A DNA stretch of 64,000 bases from Thermoplasmatota archaeon (GTDB lineage Archaea > Thermoplasmatota > Penumbrarchaeia > Penumbrarchaeales > Penumbrarchaeaceae). The notes under the pieces were generated by a model, which saw only the letters and a program-made list of their open reading frames with translations, searched no databases and was not told the DNA's origin. Of the stretch, positions 18,815 through 27,272 are shown in pieces (within the stretch, counting starts at the first letter, position 1; each line of letters starts with the position of its first letter). Both the position numbers and the translations under genes were made by a program. The DNA is taken from assembly GCA_029762535.1 (NCBI GenBank), contig JARVGK010000005.1, positions 32,001-96,000 on the forward strand. Direction: 5' to 3'.

Positions 18815-20947
18815 TCAAATCCATGGGACCGCGGACAGTGCGAGCTTGAAGAAAAGGGCCGCCATGTAGGCGAATCCCGTGTTGTATACGATCGAGAAAA
18901 GAGCCCACTTGTATGAACCGGTCTCTTTTCGGATGACCGCTATCGCCGGGATGCACGGTACGTAAAGCGTGAAGAACACCAAGAAAACGAAGGCCCCTGA
19001 CCGATCGAGTCCGGAATTGTTCTTGATACCGCTTTCAATATCTTCCTCACCCGCTCCGGTCAGAATTCCCATCGTTCCGAGAACTATCTCCTTTGCGACG
19101 ATGCCGAACATCAGGGAAACGACCAGCTTCCAGTTGAATCCAAGAGGGCTGAAAACGGGTTCTATCAGCTTTCCGATGTCGGAGGCGAAAGAGTTCTCCA
19201 GACGATCTTCCTCGCCATCATTGTCTTGGCCCCGTAGATAATGTATGGACCCGTCCTCGATTCCGAGGTAGGTCAATCCCCAAACGATGACCATCGCCAC
19301 GACTATGACCGTGGCCGCTTTGCGGATGAATAGATACATGTTCATGGACCCAGACCTGATGGCTTCCTTGATGCTGGGTAAGCTGTAAGGTGGTAGGTCC
19401 ATGATAAGGGGGGAGGGATCACCTCTCAGAATTACCTTCGTAATTAGCAATGAGGAGATGATCAGACCGATCACCCCTATTGAGTACATCGAAACAACGA
19501 TGATTCCGGCATAGAATCCGAAGAAGATCGATGAAAGGAGCATAAGGACAGGCAACCTTGCCGAGCAGGTTATGAAGGGGACGAGAATGATCGTCGCTAT
19601 CCTGTCTCTGAGATTGGGGATGGACCTGGAGGCCATGATCGCGGGTACGTTGCATCCGAAGCCCATTACGAGCGGTATGAAGCTCCTTCCCGGAAGCCCC
19701 AGCCTGGCCATGGTGCGGTCTATTACGTATACACCCCTTGCCATGTAACCAGAGTTCTCCAGAAGTGATATCATGAAGAACAGTATGAATATCATCGGAA
19801 AGAAGACCAAGACCGAACCCACACCCGGTATCAGGCCGTCCCTGAATATCGATACGTACCATGTGTCACCGAATGATGAGAGGGAATTGGAGAAAAGCTC
19901 GAACAATGACTCCACGATCTCGGATAGTGGGTTGCCGATGAGATATGTCAGGGTGAAAACAGAAAGGAGCATTCCGGCGAATATGGGTATTCCCAGCCAT
20001 TTACTGGTAAATGCACTTTCCATGGTCCTTACGATACCGCTCTCGCTTACCCTATCATGTCGCGGGACCATCTCGTCTATGAACTCGTATCTAGAATCGA
20101 TCAGGTCAAGGATGAATTCATCACCCCCATCCATAGATCCATCGAGATCAGACGGATCGATAGTATGTGTCTTTACCATTGACCTCAATTGAGCGTCCCC
20201 TTCGATCCACCTCAAGGCCAGGAACCTTTCGTTGAACCTGGAGAGGTACTTTTTGTCACATGACCAAGCGAAGCCTTCGATGATCCTGATGTATCTCTCG
20301 ATGTGGCGGGGATAGTCAATTATCAGTGGTCTTCTGGGGACAAGGTTCACATCTGAGGTTTGATGGAGATGCGGCCTCTCGACTTCGTCATCGGCGCTTT
20401 TGTGCATGAAACGGTCATGCATCATGGGATGCATGACGTCTGACCTGATGTGATGATGGGTCTCGTGCAGTAGGGAGTCTTTGAGATCGGTTATTCCGAT
20501 GTTCTTGGTGGAGACGGTTGGGACGATTGGACAGCCGAGTTTCGATGAGAGTTGTTGCAGATCGGCGTAGATGCCTCTATCCTTCATCATATCCGCTTTG
20601 TTGATCGCAAGAACGACCGGTATGTTGGATTCGAGGACCTGGACCGCCAGATACATGGAGGTCCTCAGGTTCGCCCCATCCAGAACCACAACGAGAAGAT
20701 CATAATCTCCTATGAGCAGATATCTGGGAACGATCTCCTCGTCCGAGGATCCCGGGTTCAAGCTGTACGTTCCTGGTAGATCGGTGACATGGAAGCGGCA
20801 TCCTTCATTGACGAAGCTACCTTCAAGAAGGTCGACTGTCACTCCTGACCAGTTACCGGTTCTCCCGAACCCTCCGGTGAGAGCGTTGAACAGGGTAGTC
20901 TTACCAGAGTTGGGGATCCCTGTCAGGGCCACCTTTATATCCTTCAT
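18815..20947 (-). CDS. feoB: Ferrous iron transport protein B
   Basis: GIPNSGKT, GNWSGVTV, DLPGTYSL, NKAD, LENSGYMAR, GFGCNVP, CSARLP. Confidence 0.96.
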   Translation of the reverse strand: MKDIKVALTGIPNSGKTTLFNALTGGFGRTGNWSGVTVDLLEGSFVNEGCRFHVTDLPGTYSLNPGSSDEEIVPRYLLIGDYDLLVVVLDGANLRTSMYLAVQVLESNIPVVLAINKADMMKDRGIYADLQQLSSKLGCPIVPTVSTKNIGITDLKDSLLHETHHHIRSDVMHPMMHDRFMHKSADDEVERPHLHQTSDVNLVPRRPLIIDYPRHIERYIRIIEGFAWSCDKKYLSRFNERFLALRWIEGDAQLRSMVKTHTIDPSDLDGSMDGGDEFILDLIDSRYEFIDEMVPRHDRVSESGIVRTMESAFTSKWLGIPIFAGMLLSVFTLTYLIGNPLSEIVESLFELFSNSLSSFGDTWYVSIFRDGLIPGVGSVLVFFPMIFILFFMISLLENSGYMARGVYVIDRTMARLGLPGRSFIPLVMGFGCNVPAIMASRSIPNLRDRIATIILVPFITCSARLPVLMLLSSIFFGFYAGIIVVSMYSIGVIGLIISSLLITKVILRGDPSPLIMDLPPYSLPSIKEAIRSGSMNMYLFIRKAATVIVVAMVIVWGLTYLGIEDGSIHYLRGQDNDGEEDRLENSFASDIGKLIEPVFSPLGFNWKLVVSLMFGIVAKEIVLGTMGILTGAGEEDIESGIKNNSGLDRSGAFVFLVFFTLYVPCIPAIAVIRKETGSYKWALFSIVYNTGFAYMAALFFKLALSAVPWI

Positions 20948-20973
20948 CGCGGACCATAAGCAGGACCTAGAAT

Positions 20974-20991
20974 ATTTAGGTTATCCTAAAT
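20974..20991. promoter_or_regulatory. Putative DtxR/IdeR-type metal-repressor operator upstream of feoB
   Basis: Palindrome ATTTAGG-TTAT-CCTAAAT 27 bp upstream of the feoB start, resembling TTAGG-N4-CCTAA boxes. Confidence 0.65.
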
Positions 20992-21267
20992 TATGTTTTT
21001 ACATGGCTACATATCTCCCTTTGATAGCAACCAGATAATTCAACTGTAAGTGAAGTTGATCATAATGATCGATATTAACAAAAATATATAAATTTCAATA
21101 TATAAAGTAATATATTATGTAATTAGACAATATAACATATGTTTAAGGCAATATTTCTGATATTCGGTGTATTATAATAAATACAGTAAATTTCTAACTC
21201 TATACATGGAATTCATACAATAATGAAGTAGGTAATGTAGAGTTCTGGAAAGGATTAAAAACAAGCT

Positions 21268-23139
21268 GTGTTCTGGAGAGAAATGGGTGTTCAGACCATG
21301 AAGCCAGTCCTAAATCCGCTCAGGGCTCAGATAGAATCGAAAATGACAGAGGAATTGGGTTTTAATAATATCTTTGATATGTTCCTTCATTCCTCAAGAA
21401 AGAATCCAGAAAAGGTCCTGGCGATGCACAAGCTAGGAAAGGGGCATTGGGGCTCACTCACATATGATGAGGTAGAAAAGGGGTCCCTCGATTGCGCCGC
21501 CGCATTCCTGAAAAACGGAATAAAGAAGGGGGACAGGGTCGCTTTCATATGCAACAACCGATACGAATGGCTCATACTTGATCTCTCGCTTCACAGGATA
21601 GGTGCGGTTAACATATCGAACTACGTCACACCCGATCCGAAAAAACTGGTGGAGACGGAGGTCTGCTTCAACATAAACGATTCACAATGTCGAATGCTGT
21701 TCGTCGCGGAAAAATACCTGGAAAGGGTCATGGAGATATACGATCAGGGTAAGATGCCGACTATCGAGAAGGTCGTCGTATTGACCGATTCAGCGGATCG
21801 AAAGAAGATCGGTGAACTTGATACCTTCTCTGAATTCGTTAAGGTCGGGCAGGAATCCAGAAAAATGCTCGAGGATTATAAGGAGGTCGTGAACCTAAAT
21901 GATCTTGCCACGATCATATACACATCTGGTTCGACCGGGGTTCCAAAAGGAGTGATGCTTACCCATGGCAACCTCATATCAAATGCACAGAGCCTGACAA
22001 CATTCATCGATCTTAAAGAGACAGATGTGGAACTCAGCTTCTTGCCTCTTGGGCATGTTTTCGAGCGTATTATCAATTATATAATCCTGAGAATATCAGG
22101 CACCATAGGTTATGCTGAATCCATTGAGACCATAGCGGATGATGTACAGTTCGTCAAACCTACCGTTTTTCCCGCTGTACCTAGGGTCTTCGAGAAGTTC
22201 AAGGCAAAGGTAGAGGAAAATGCCAGGTCCAAAGGTGAGTTATCCTTCAAGATATACAAATGGTCAACGAAAGTAGGTAGGGATTATTCATTGGGAAAGA
22301 GGGGTTTTCCAATGAATATAAAATACATGATGGCCAAGAAAATCGTGTTCGACAAGGTTGTTGACAAGCTCGGGGGAAATGTTAGGTTCTTCGTTTCATC
22401 GTCCGCTCCTCTAAGCGAAGATACTGCTATGTTCTTCAAATCGATGAACCTGGAGATCCTGGAGGCTTATGGGATGACCGAGGCCGGTCCATTGATAAGC
22501 ATTAACAGGAACAACAGGGCGAGGATCGGTACCGTTGGAGAGGCCCCTCCCGAAATAGAGGTGAAGATCGCAAATGATGGGGAGATACTTGTCAGGGGGC
22601 CATCAATAATGAAAGGTTACTGGAACAGACCTGATGCTGATAAGGAGGCTTTTCTAAACGGATGGCTCGCTACTGGCGACATAGGAGTGATGTCAAAAGA
22701 TGGTTATCTTAAGATAACGGACCGTAAGAAGAATCTAATCAAGACATCAACTGGCAAATATGTACCCCCTGCTCCCATAGAGGACAAGCTGGTATCGAAC
22801 CAGTATGTCAGCCAGGCAATCGTTATAGGGGAAGCCAGACCTCACTGCTCGGCAATAATCGTCCCGGATTTCAAGCGTCTCGAGGATTATGCCCAGCATA
22901 ACCAACTGCATTACACATCGATTGACGATCTCATGAATAATCCATCGGTGAAGTCCTTTTACGAGGAGTTGATCAAGAACGAGACCAAGGACATGGCGGC
23001 CCATGAACAGCCAAAGAAGGTAATCCTCCATTCAAAGGAATGGACGTGGGAATCTGGAGAGCTCACGCCAACTCAGAAGGTCAAGAGGAGTGTGATCACT
23101 AAGATGTTCAAAGACGAGATCGACAGGATCTATTCGTAA
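21268..23139 (+). CDS. Long-chain fatty acid--CoA ligase (AMP-dependent synthetase)
   Basis: IIYTSGSTGVPKGVMLTHGN, LPLGHVFER, YGMTE, GWLATGDIG, ELTPTQKVKR. Confidence 0.92.
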   Translation: MFWREMGVQTMKPVLNPLRAQIESKMTEELGFNNIFDMFLHSSRKNPEKVLAMHKLGKGHWGSLTYDEVEKGSLDCAAAFLKNGIKKGDRVAFICNNRYEWLILDLSLHRIGAVNISNYVTPDPKKLVETEVCFNINDSQCRMLFVAEKYLERVMEIYDQGKMPTIEKVVVLTDSADRKKIGELDTFSEFVKVGQESRKMLEDYKEVVNLNDLATIIYTSGSTGVPKGVMLTHGNLISNAQSLTTFIDLKETDVELSFLPLGHVFERIINYIILRISGTIGYAESIETIADDVQFVKPTVFPAVPRVFEKFKAKVEENARSKGELSFKIYKWSTKVGRDYSLGKRGFPMNIKYMMAKKIVFDKVVDKLGGNVRFFVSSSAPLSEDTAMFFKSMNLEILEAYGMTEAGPLISINRNNRARIGTVGEAPPEIEVKIANDGEILVRGPSIMKGYWNRPDADKEAFLNGWLATGDIGVMSKDGYLKITDRKKNLIKTSTGKYVPPAPIEDKLVSNQYVSQAIVIGEARPHCSAIIVPDFKRLEDYAQHNQLHYTSIDDLMNNPSVKSFYEELIKNETKDMAAHEQPKKVILHSKEWTWESGELTPTQKVKRSVITKMFKDEIDRIYS

Positions 23140-24026
23140 AGGTCCATAGCTGCTTCCATTATCCTTTGAGCGGAGGTAACCATATCACCCTCTTTAAGAA
23201 AAATATTGGTGAGACCAAGTCTGGATCTCCATTTCCTCTGTTTCCTTACCAGGTCCATATTGCTTCTTACGATAGCATCGAATAACTCATCATTTGATAC
23301 TACTTTATTCATATGGCCGATAATATGGTTCACACCTATCATCTCAAGACCGGGAAAGTCTCGTGTGTAGCCCGAGTCGATGATCGATCCGACCTCTGAT
23401 AGCCATCCCTTTTCGAGCATTGTCATCGTGCGTTCGCCTATCCTTGCCTTGAGCTCTCGGTCCGATCGGTCTATGAAGAACCCTTTCCAGTTCACTCCCA
23501 TGGTACTGATCCCCTTTATGGTATCTTGCAAAGGCCCCAAAGACGTGATGAGCGCCCTCGAGAGCCTTCTGAGATCATTAGGATGTGTCATGAAAGCCTT
23601 TGCAGGGTCCAATTCAAACAATAGATCGTGTGCATCATGAGGACCCAGATCCTTGATGATCTCCCTAATATCATTGGCAATACAAGGGTCGTGGGATGGA
23701 CCATTCAGTCCCTTTATCAGCCTCTCCATATAGAGCATGCTCCCCCCACAGGCGAGGGGAAGCTTTCCTCTTTCTCTTATCCTCATTGATGTGGGGATCG
23801 CCATATCAAGAAATGATCGAACGGTCATTCTTTCATTTAGACCGATAAGATCGATCATGTGATAAGGTGTATCTTTATCGATAGTGAACTTACCATTACC
23901 TATCCTAACGTCCTTGTAGAAACATCCGGTATCGACGGATATTATCTCATATGGAACCTTTCTGCAGATATGCTGTGCGATCTCTGTCTTTCCTGAACAG
24001 GTGGGTCCGGTTAAGATCAACATCAA
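23130..24026 (-). CDS. miaA: tRNA dimethylallyltransferase (MiaA/IPT)-like protein, divergent
   Basis: GPTCSGKT, EIISVD, YHMID, GGSMLY, HPNDLRRLSRAL, RKQRKW follow the MiaA motif order. Confidence 0.78.
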   Translation of the reverse strand: MMLILTGPTCSGKTEIAQHICRKVPYEIISVDTGCFYKDVRIGNGKFTIDKDTPYHMIDLIGLNERMTVRSFLDMAIPTSMRIRERGKLPLACGGSMLYMERLIKGLNGPSHDPCIANDIREIIKDLGPHDAHDLLFELDPAKAFMTHPNDLRRLSRALITSLGPLQDTIKGISTMGVNWKGFFIDRSDRELKARIGERTMTMLEKGWLSEVGSIIDSGYTRDFPGLEMIGVNHIIGHMNKVVSNDELFDAIVRSNMDLVRKQRKWRSRLGLTNIFLKEGDMVTSAQRIMEAAMDLYE

Positions 24027-24115
24027 GACCGTTACCTGTGATCATTTAAGTAAAGTTTACCTATCTCTAAAGATCATATCACATCGATCAGGAAATATCC
24101 TCAAGGCGATCGTTA

Positions 24116-25573
24116 TCAGAAGCTTGGTCTGTAAATGACCTTGGGCTTGAGCCCTTTGAGCTCGGAGAGTAACCCTCCCTGAAGGGATGATAGGACATCG
24201 GTGTTGGGTATGTTGGACTCGATGACCGTTGTCCTGCCGTGCCTGCCAAAAGAGATTACCTTTGTTTGAATTATGCCAAGCCTGTCAAGTTCGTTCAGGA
24301 GGTTGACCACCTGTCTTCTACCCAATACAATCAAGTCAAGCTTCGAGGCGTAGTTGGAATAGGTTTCGACCACTTCTTTTGTGGTTGTCTTGATCCTTCC
24401 GAATATCTTCAGCTGGATGATCGAATACAGGACGATCTTGCTCTGGAGTGGTAATGATTTCACGACCTGTTGAACACGGTCGGTCTCTATCTTCTTCTGG
24501 GCCATTTTGACGTACAGGTCGGTGAGTTTGGGGGAGTGGTCCCTTTCGGCAAGCTCGGCCGAGACCCTGAGTAGGTCAAGAGCTTTTCTTGCATCACCAT
24601 TCTCCTGAGCAGCGATCCCAGCGCATAGCGATACCACATTGTCCTGGATCGAACCTTGGTAGAACGCTTCCTTCGCCCTGTGTTCGAGTATGTCCTTGAG
24701 CTGTAAAGCATTGTAGGGCTCGAAGATTATCTCTTCAGAACCCAAGGACGATCTAACTCTTGGTTCGAGATAATCCATTATCTTTAGGTTGTTTGAGATA
24801 CCGATTATCGCGACCCTTGTCCTTTGAAGGTCCTCGTTGATCCTGGTGAGTGTATATAATATGTCGTCTCCTACCTTCATGATGAGCCTATCTATCTCAT
24901 CAAGGATTATTATGACCAGTGATGAAGCCTCATCAAGCTTGGAGAGCATCCTTGAATGGACCTCGTCGATGGGGAGCCCGGACACAGGAAGTCTGTCCTC
25001 GTCCGAGAAAGGAAGAAGCCTGTTCGCCACCTGGGTCATGACCCGGTAGGCGGTGTCCATTTGCTGGCAGTTGATGTAAATGGACCTGATCTGCCTGTGC
25101 AGCTGTTGGGACATTTCGGGACCGAGCACATCATCATGATCGATTATGGAGAGTGCGGAATTGAGGCATCTGACCGATTCCGAATCTGACATCTCTTCCT
25201 GAATCTCCATGAAAGTCCTGAGATTTCTTTCCTTGATGAAGTTGGATTTTTCCTGGAGGGCCTTCATCAGGATCTTGGACACAACGGTCTTTCCGGTCCC
25301 GGTCATGCCGAATATAATGATGTTCGAGGGGGTATCGCCCCATAATGCAGGTATCAATATCCTTGCGATACTTCCGATCTCTCTCTCACGATGGGGGAGA
25401 GTATCAGGTATATAGGAATACCTGAGAACCTCGCGGTTCTTGAAGATCTTTCCCCCGAGATCGAGGATATCAAAGATATCAGTAGCTAACCCATTCAAAC
25501 TTTTCACCGTTCCCCAGCTTGATCGGATGATGCAGGACGGAGGTATATGCGGCCGGATATTCCGGAGCTTCAC
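24116..25573 (-). CDS. cdc6: Orc1/Cdc6 replication initiator
   Basis: YIPDTLPHRE, GMTGTGKT, IYINC, ILDEID, RVRSSL, GDARKALDLLR, C-terminal wHTH with GRHGRT; real start probably near 25497. Confidence 0.95.
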   Translation of the reverse strand: MKLRNIRPHIPPSCIIRSSWGTVKSLNGLATDIFDILDLGGKIFKNREVLRYSYIPDTLPHREREIGSIARILIPALWGDTPSNIIIFGMTGTGKTVVSKILMKALQEKSNFIKERNLRTFMEIQEEMSDSESVRCLNSALSIIDHDDVLGPEMSQQLHRQIRSIYINCQQMDTAYRVMTQVANRLLPFSDEDRLPVSGLPIDEVHSRMLSKLDEASSLVIIILDEIDRLIMKVGDDILYTLTRINEDLQRTRVAIIGISNNLKIMDYLEPRVRSSLGSEEIIFEPYNALQLKDILEHRAKEAFYQGSIQDNVVSLCAGIAAQENGDARKALDLLRVSAELAERDHSPKLTDLYVKMAQKKIETDRVQQVVKSLPLQSKIVLYSIIQLKIFGRIKTTTKEVVETYSNYASKLDLIVLGRRQVVNLLNELDRLGIIQTKVISFGRHGRTTVIESNIPNTDVLSSLQGGLLSELKGLKPKVIYRPSF

Positions 25574-25575
25574 AA

Positions 25576-25592
25576 CCCCGTTCCACTGAAGA
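25576..25592 (-). promoter_or_regulatory. ORB-like (Cdc6-binding) motif at the cdc6 5' end
   Basis: CCCCGTTCCACTGAAG resembles the reverse complement of the euryarchaeal ORB core TTCCAGTGGAAAC plus G-string. Confidence 0.35.
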
Positions 25593-25934
25593 GAAGCTTA
25601 TTATTTAGCATTTTCCGGAGGCTTCTGGAGGGGTATAAATAGAGGTGTTTTTTTTTGGGTCGAGCAACTTTCGATCCTCCCTTACGATCATGTTCACAAG
25701 ACCGCCTATATGTATTTTCTATGCCTGGATACTTATAAGGATACTATATATGTTCCATATTGTTGGGGGACGTGGGGTGCAAAAAAATGTTTTTTACCCT
25801 TGAAAATCGTTATAGATACCGAACCGGTTGGGAAAAGCGGAGTTTAGAGCTAGAAAAGGGGGCCGATTCATGTGGACAAAATGATTATGGATGATGAGCA
25901 ACTACACCTCTACTTATAAAGAGATCCTCCAAAG

Positions 25935-26666
25935 GTGGAAACATTGGGAAAAGAGAAAAAGGCTCTACGGAAGATAATGAAGACATTATCTGGTTCGATC
26001 AAGAGGATTAGAGATCTGGAGCGAGATTTTCCAATAACTACCATAGCATGGATGGAGCTCAGGGGCGAGCTCGGATCCATAGACGAGAGCCTTAGATCGG
26101 ACCTGTTCTCCCTGGCCAAGAAAGCGAACGAATACCGAAAAAGATACTGGAAGGTGGAATATAGTATAAGACAGGATATCGTTCATTATATGAACAGGAT
26201 AGGATTCTCTCCTTCTTTCTCCCCTCAGATAGAGACCCTCGCAAATCATCTTCCCAGGTCTCTAATAATTCAAGACGGAAGAGTGTGGATCTTTTCATAT
26301 GATACTTATATCAAGGATATCGCCTCTGGAGTGGGAAGGGATTGGAAAGAGGCCCCTACTGGTTCAGATATCTTTCAACGCTTCGAAAAAAAATATCATA
26401 AGGATATCCAGAACCTTCGCCACCAAGCTGATGTATTGATCAGAGAGATCGATGCATTCCTGTCCTTGTTGGGAGAGTATTTGCGTTCGGGAAATGCGTG
26501 GAACGTTACAGAGTTGACCCCGAGCCAAAAACGGATATCGATCCGTTCGGAAGCACAATTAATATTAATCAAGCGCCCTTATCCACTGCCAAGGCCTCCC
26601 AAGAGGCCGAGAAAACGATTGTTCAGACGGATCAAAAGAAAAGAGATAGGGCCGGAGGATATCTGA
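25935..26666 (+). CDS. Hypothetical helical protein with a basic Pro/Arg-rich C-terminal tail
   Basis: 243-aa ORF divergent from cdc6; its stop overlaps the next ATG. Confidence 0.65.
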   Translation: METLGKEKKALRKIMKTLSGSIKRIRDLERDFPITTIAWMELRGELGSIDESLRSDLFSLAKKANEYRKRYWKVEYSIRQDIVHYMNRIGFSPSFSPQIETLANHLPRSLIIQDGRVWIFSYDTYIKDIASGVGRDWKEAPTGSDIFQRFEKKYHKDIQNLRHQADVLIREIDAFLSLLGEYLRSGNAWNVTELTPSQKRISIRSEAQLILIKRPYPLPRPPKRPRKRLFRRIKRKEIGPEDI

Positions 26667-27193
26667 TGCGAATAGTATACAAAGACCCTATCTTCCTTCT
26701 TGCAGCGGTATTTATTCTCCTAACTTTATCCTTAACAGCGGTATCGATGACCAGTCAGAGAAGACAAGGTCAGATCGAGGTCAACGTGACTTACCCCAAA
26801 GGGATATCCTTGAACAACATTAAAGAGGGTAGGACCTTACATCTCGAATATATATCCGAATACGAGATAGGTGTGTACCTACTTGGACGTCAGGAGGCAG
26901 AGGACCTGCGCAGGCCATCGTTCTTTAAAGATATTGAGCTGCCTCCAAGCCTTCACAAGGGGAAAGAAGGTTCCATCTCTTTCAAGATAGATGGGGATGG
27001 CGATTACGAACTTATGTTCTATAACGACAGCTTCACTAAGAACGTTCTGGTCGAATACGAGCTCGATATGGGAATGCGTATAGAGGATGGATATTTCAAG
27101 ACATCATTGATCTCAACGGCTTTAATCACATTGGTTCTCGTGGGCATCGTTATGGTGAGATTTTTCAAGAAAAAAGCTCTATCTCGTTTATGA
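26666..27193 (+). CDS. Hypothetical membrane protein (TM, soluble domain, TM)
   Basis: ATG at 26666 overlaps the upstream TGA; MRIVYKDPIFLLAAVF... and a C-terminal TM plus KKK. Confidence 0.7.
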   Translation: MRIVYKDPIFLLAAVFILLTLSLTAVSMTSQRRQGQIEVNVTYPKGISLNNIKEGRTLHLEYISEYEIGVYLLGRQEAEDLRRPSFFKDIELPPSLHKGKEGSISFKIDGDGDYELMFYNDSFTKNVLVEYELDMGMRIEDGYFKTSLISTALITLVLVGIVMVRFFKKKALSRL

Positions 27194-27272
27194 CCGATGA
27201 GATGGAGCGGTTTATCATTCGGGGGATTGTTATTTATACCGACATTATCTATCATCTAGTAAGATCGATCAG

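Noticed and set aside
25090-25240. Intein in Cdc6
   Set aside because: Too short, with no Cys/Ser start block and no His-Asn end.
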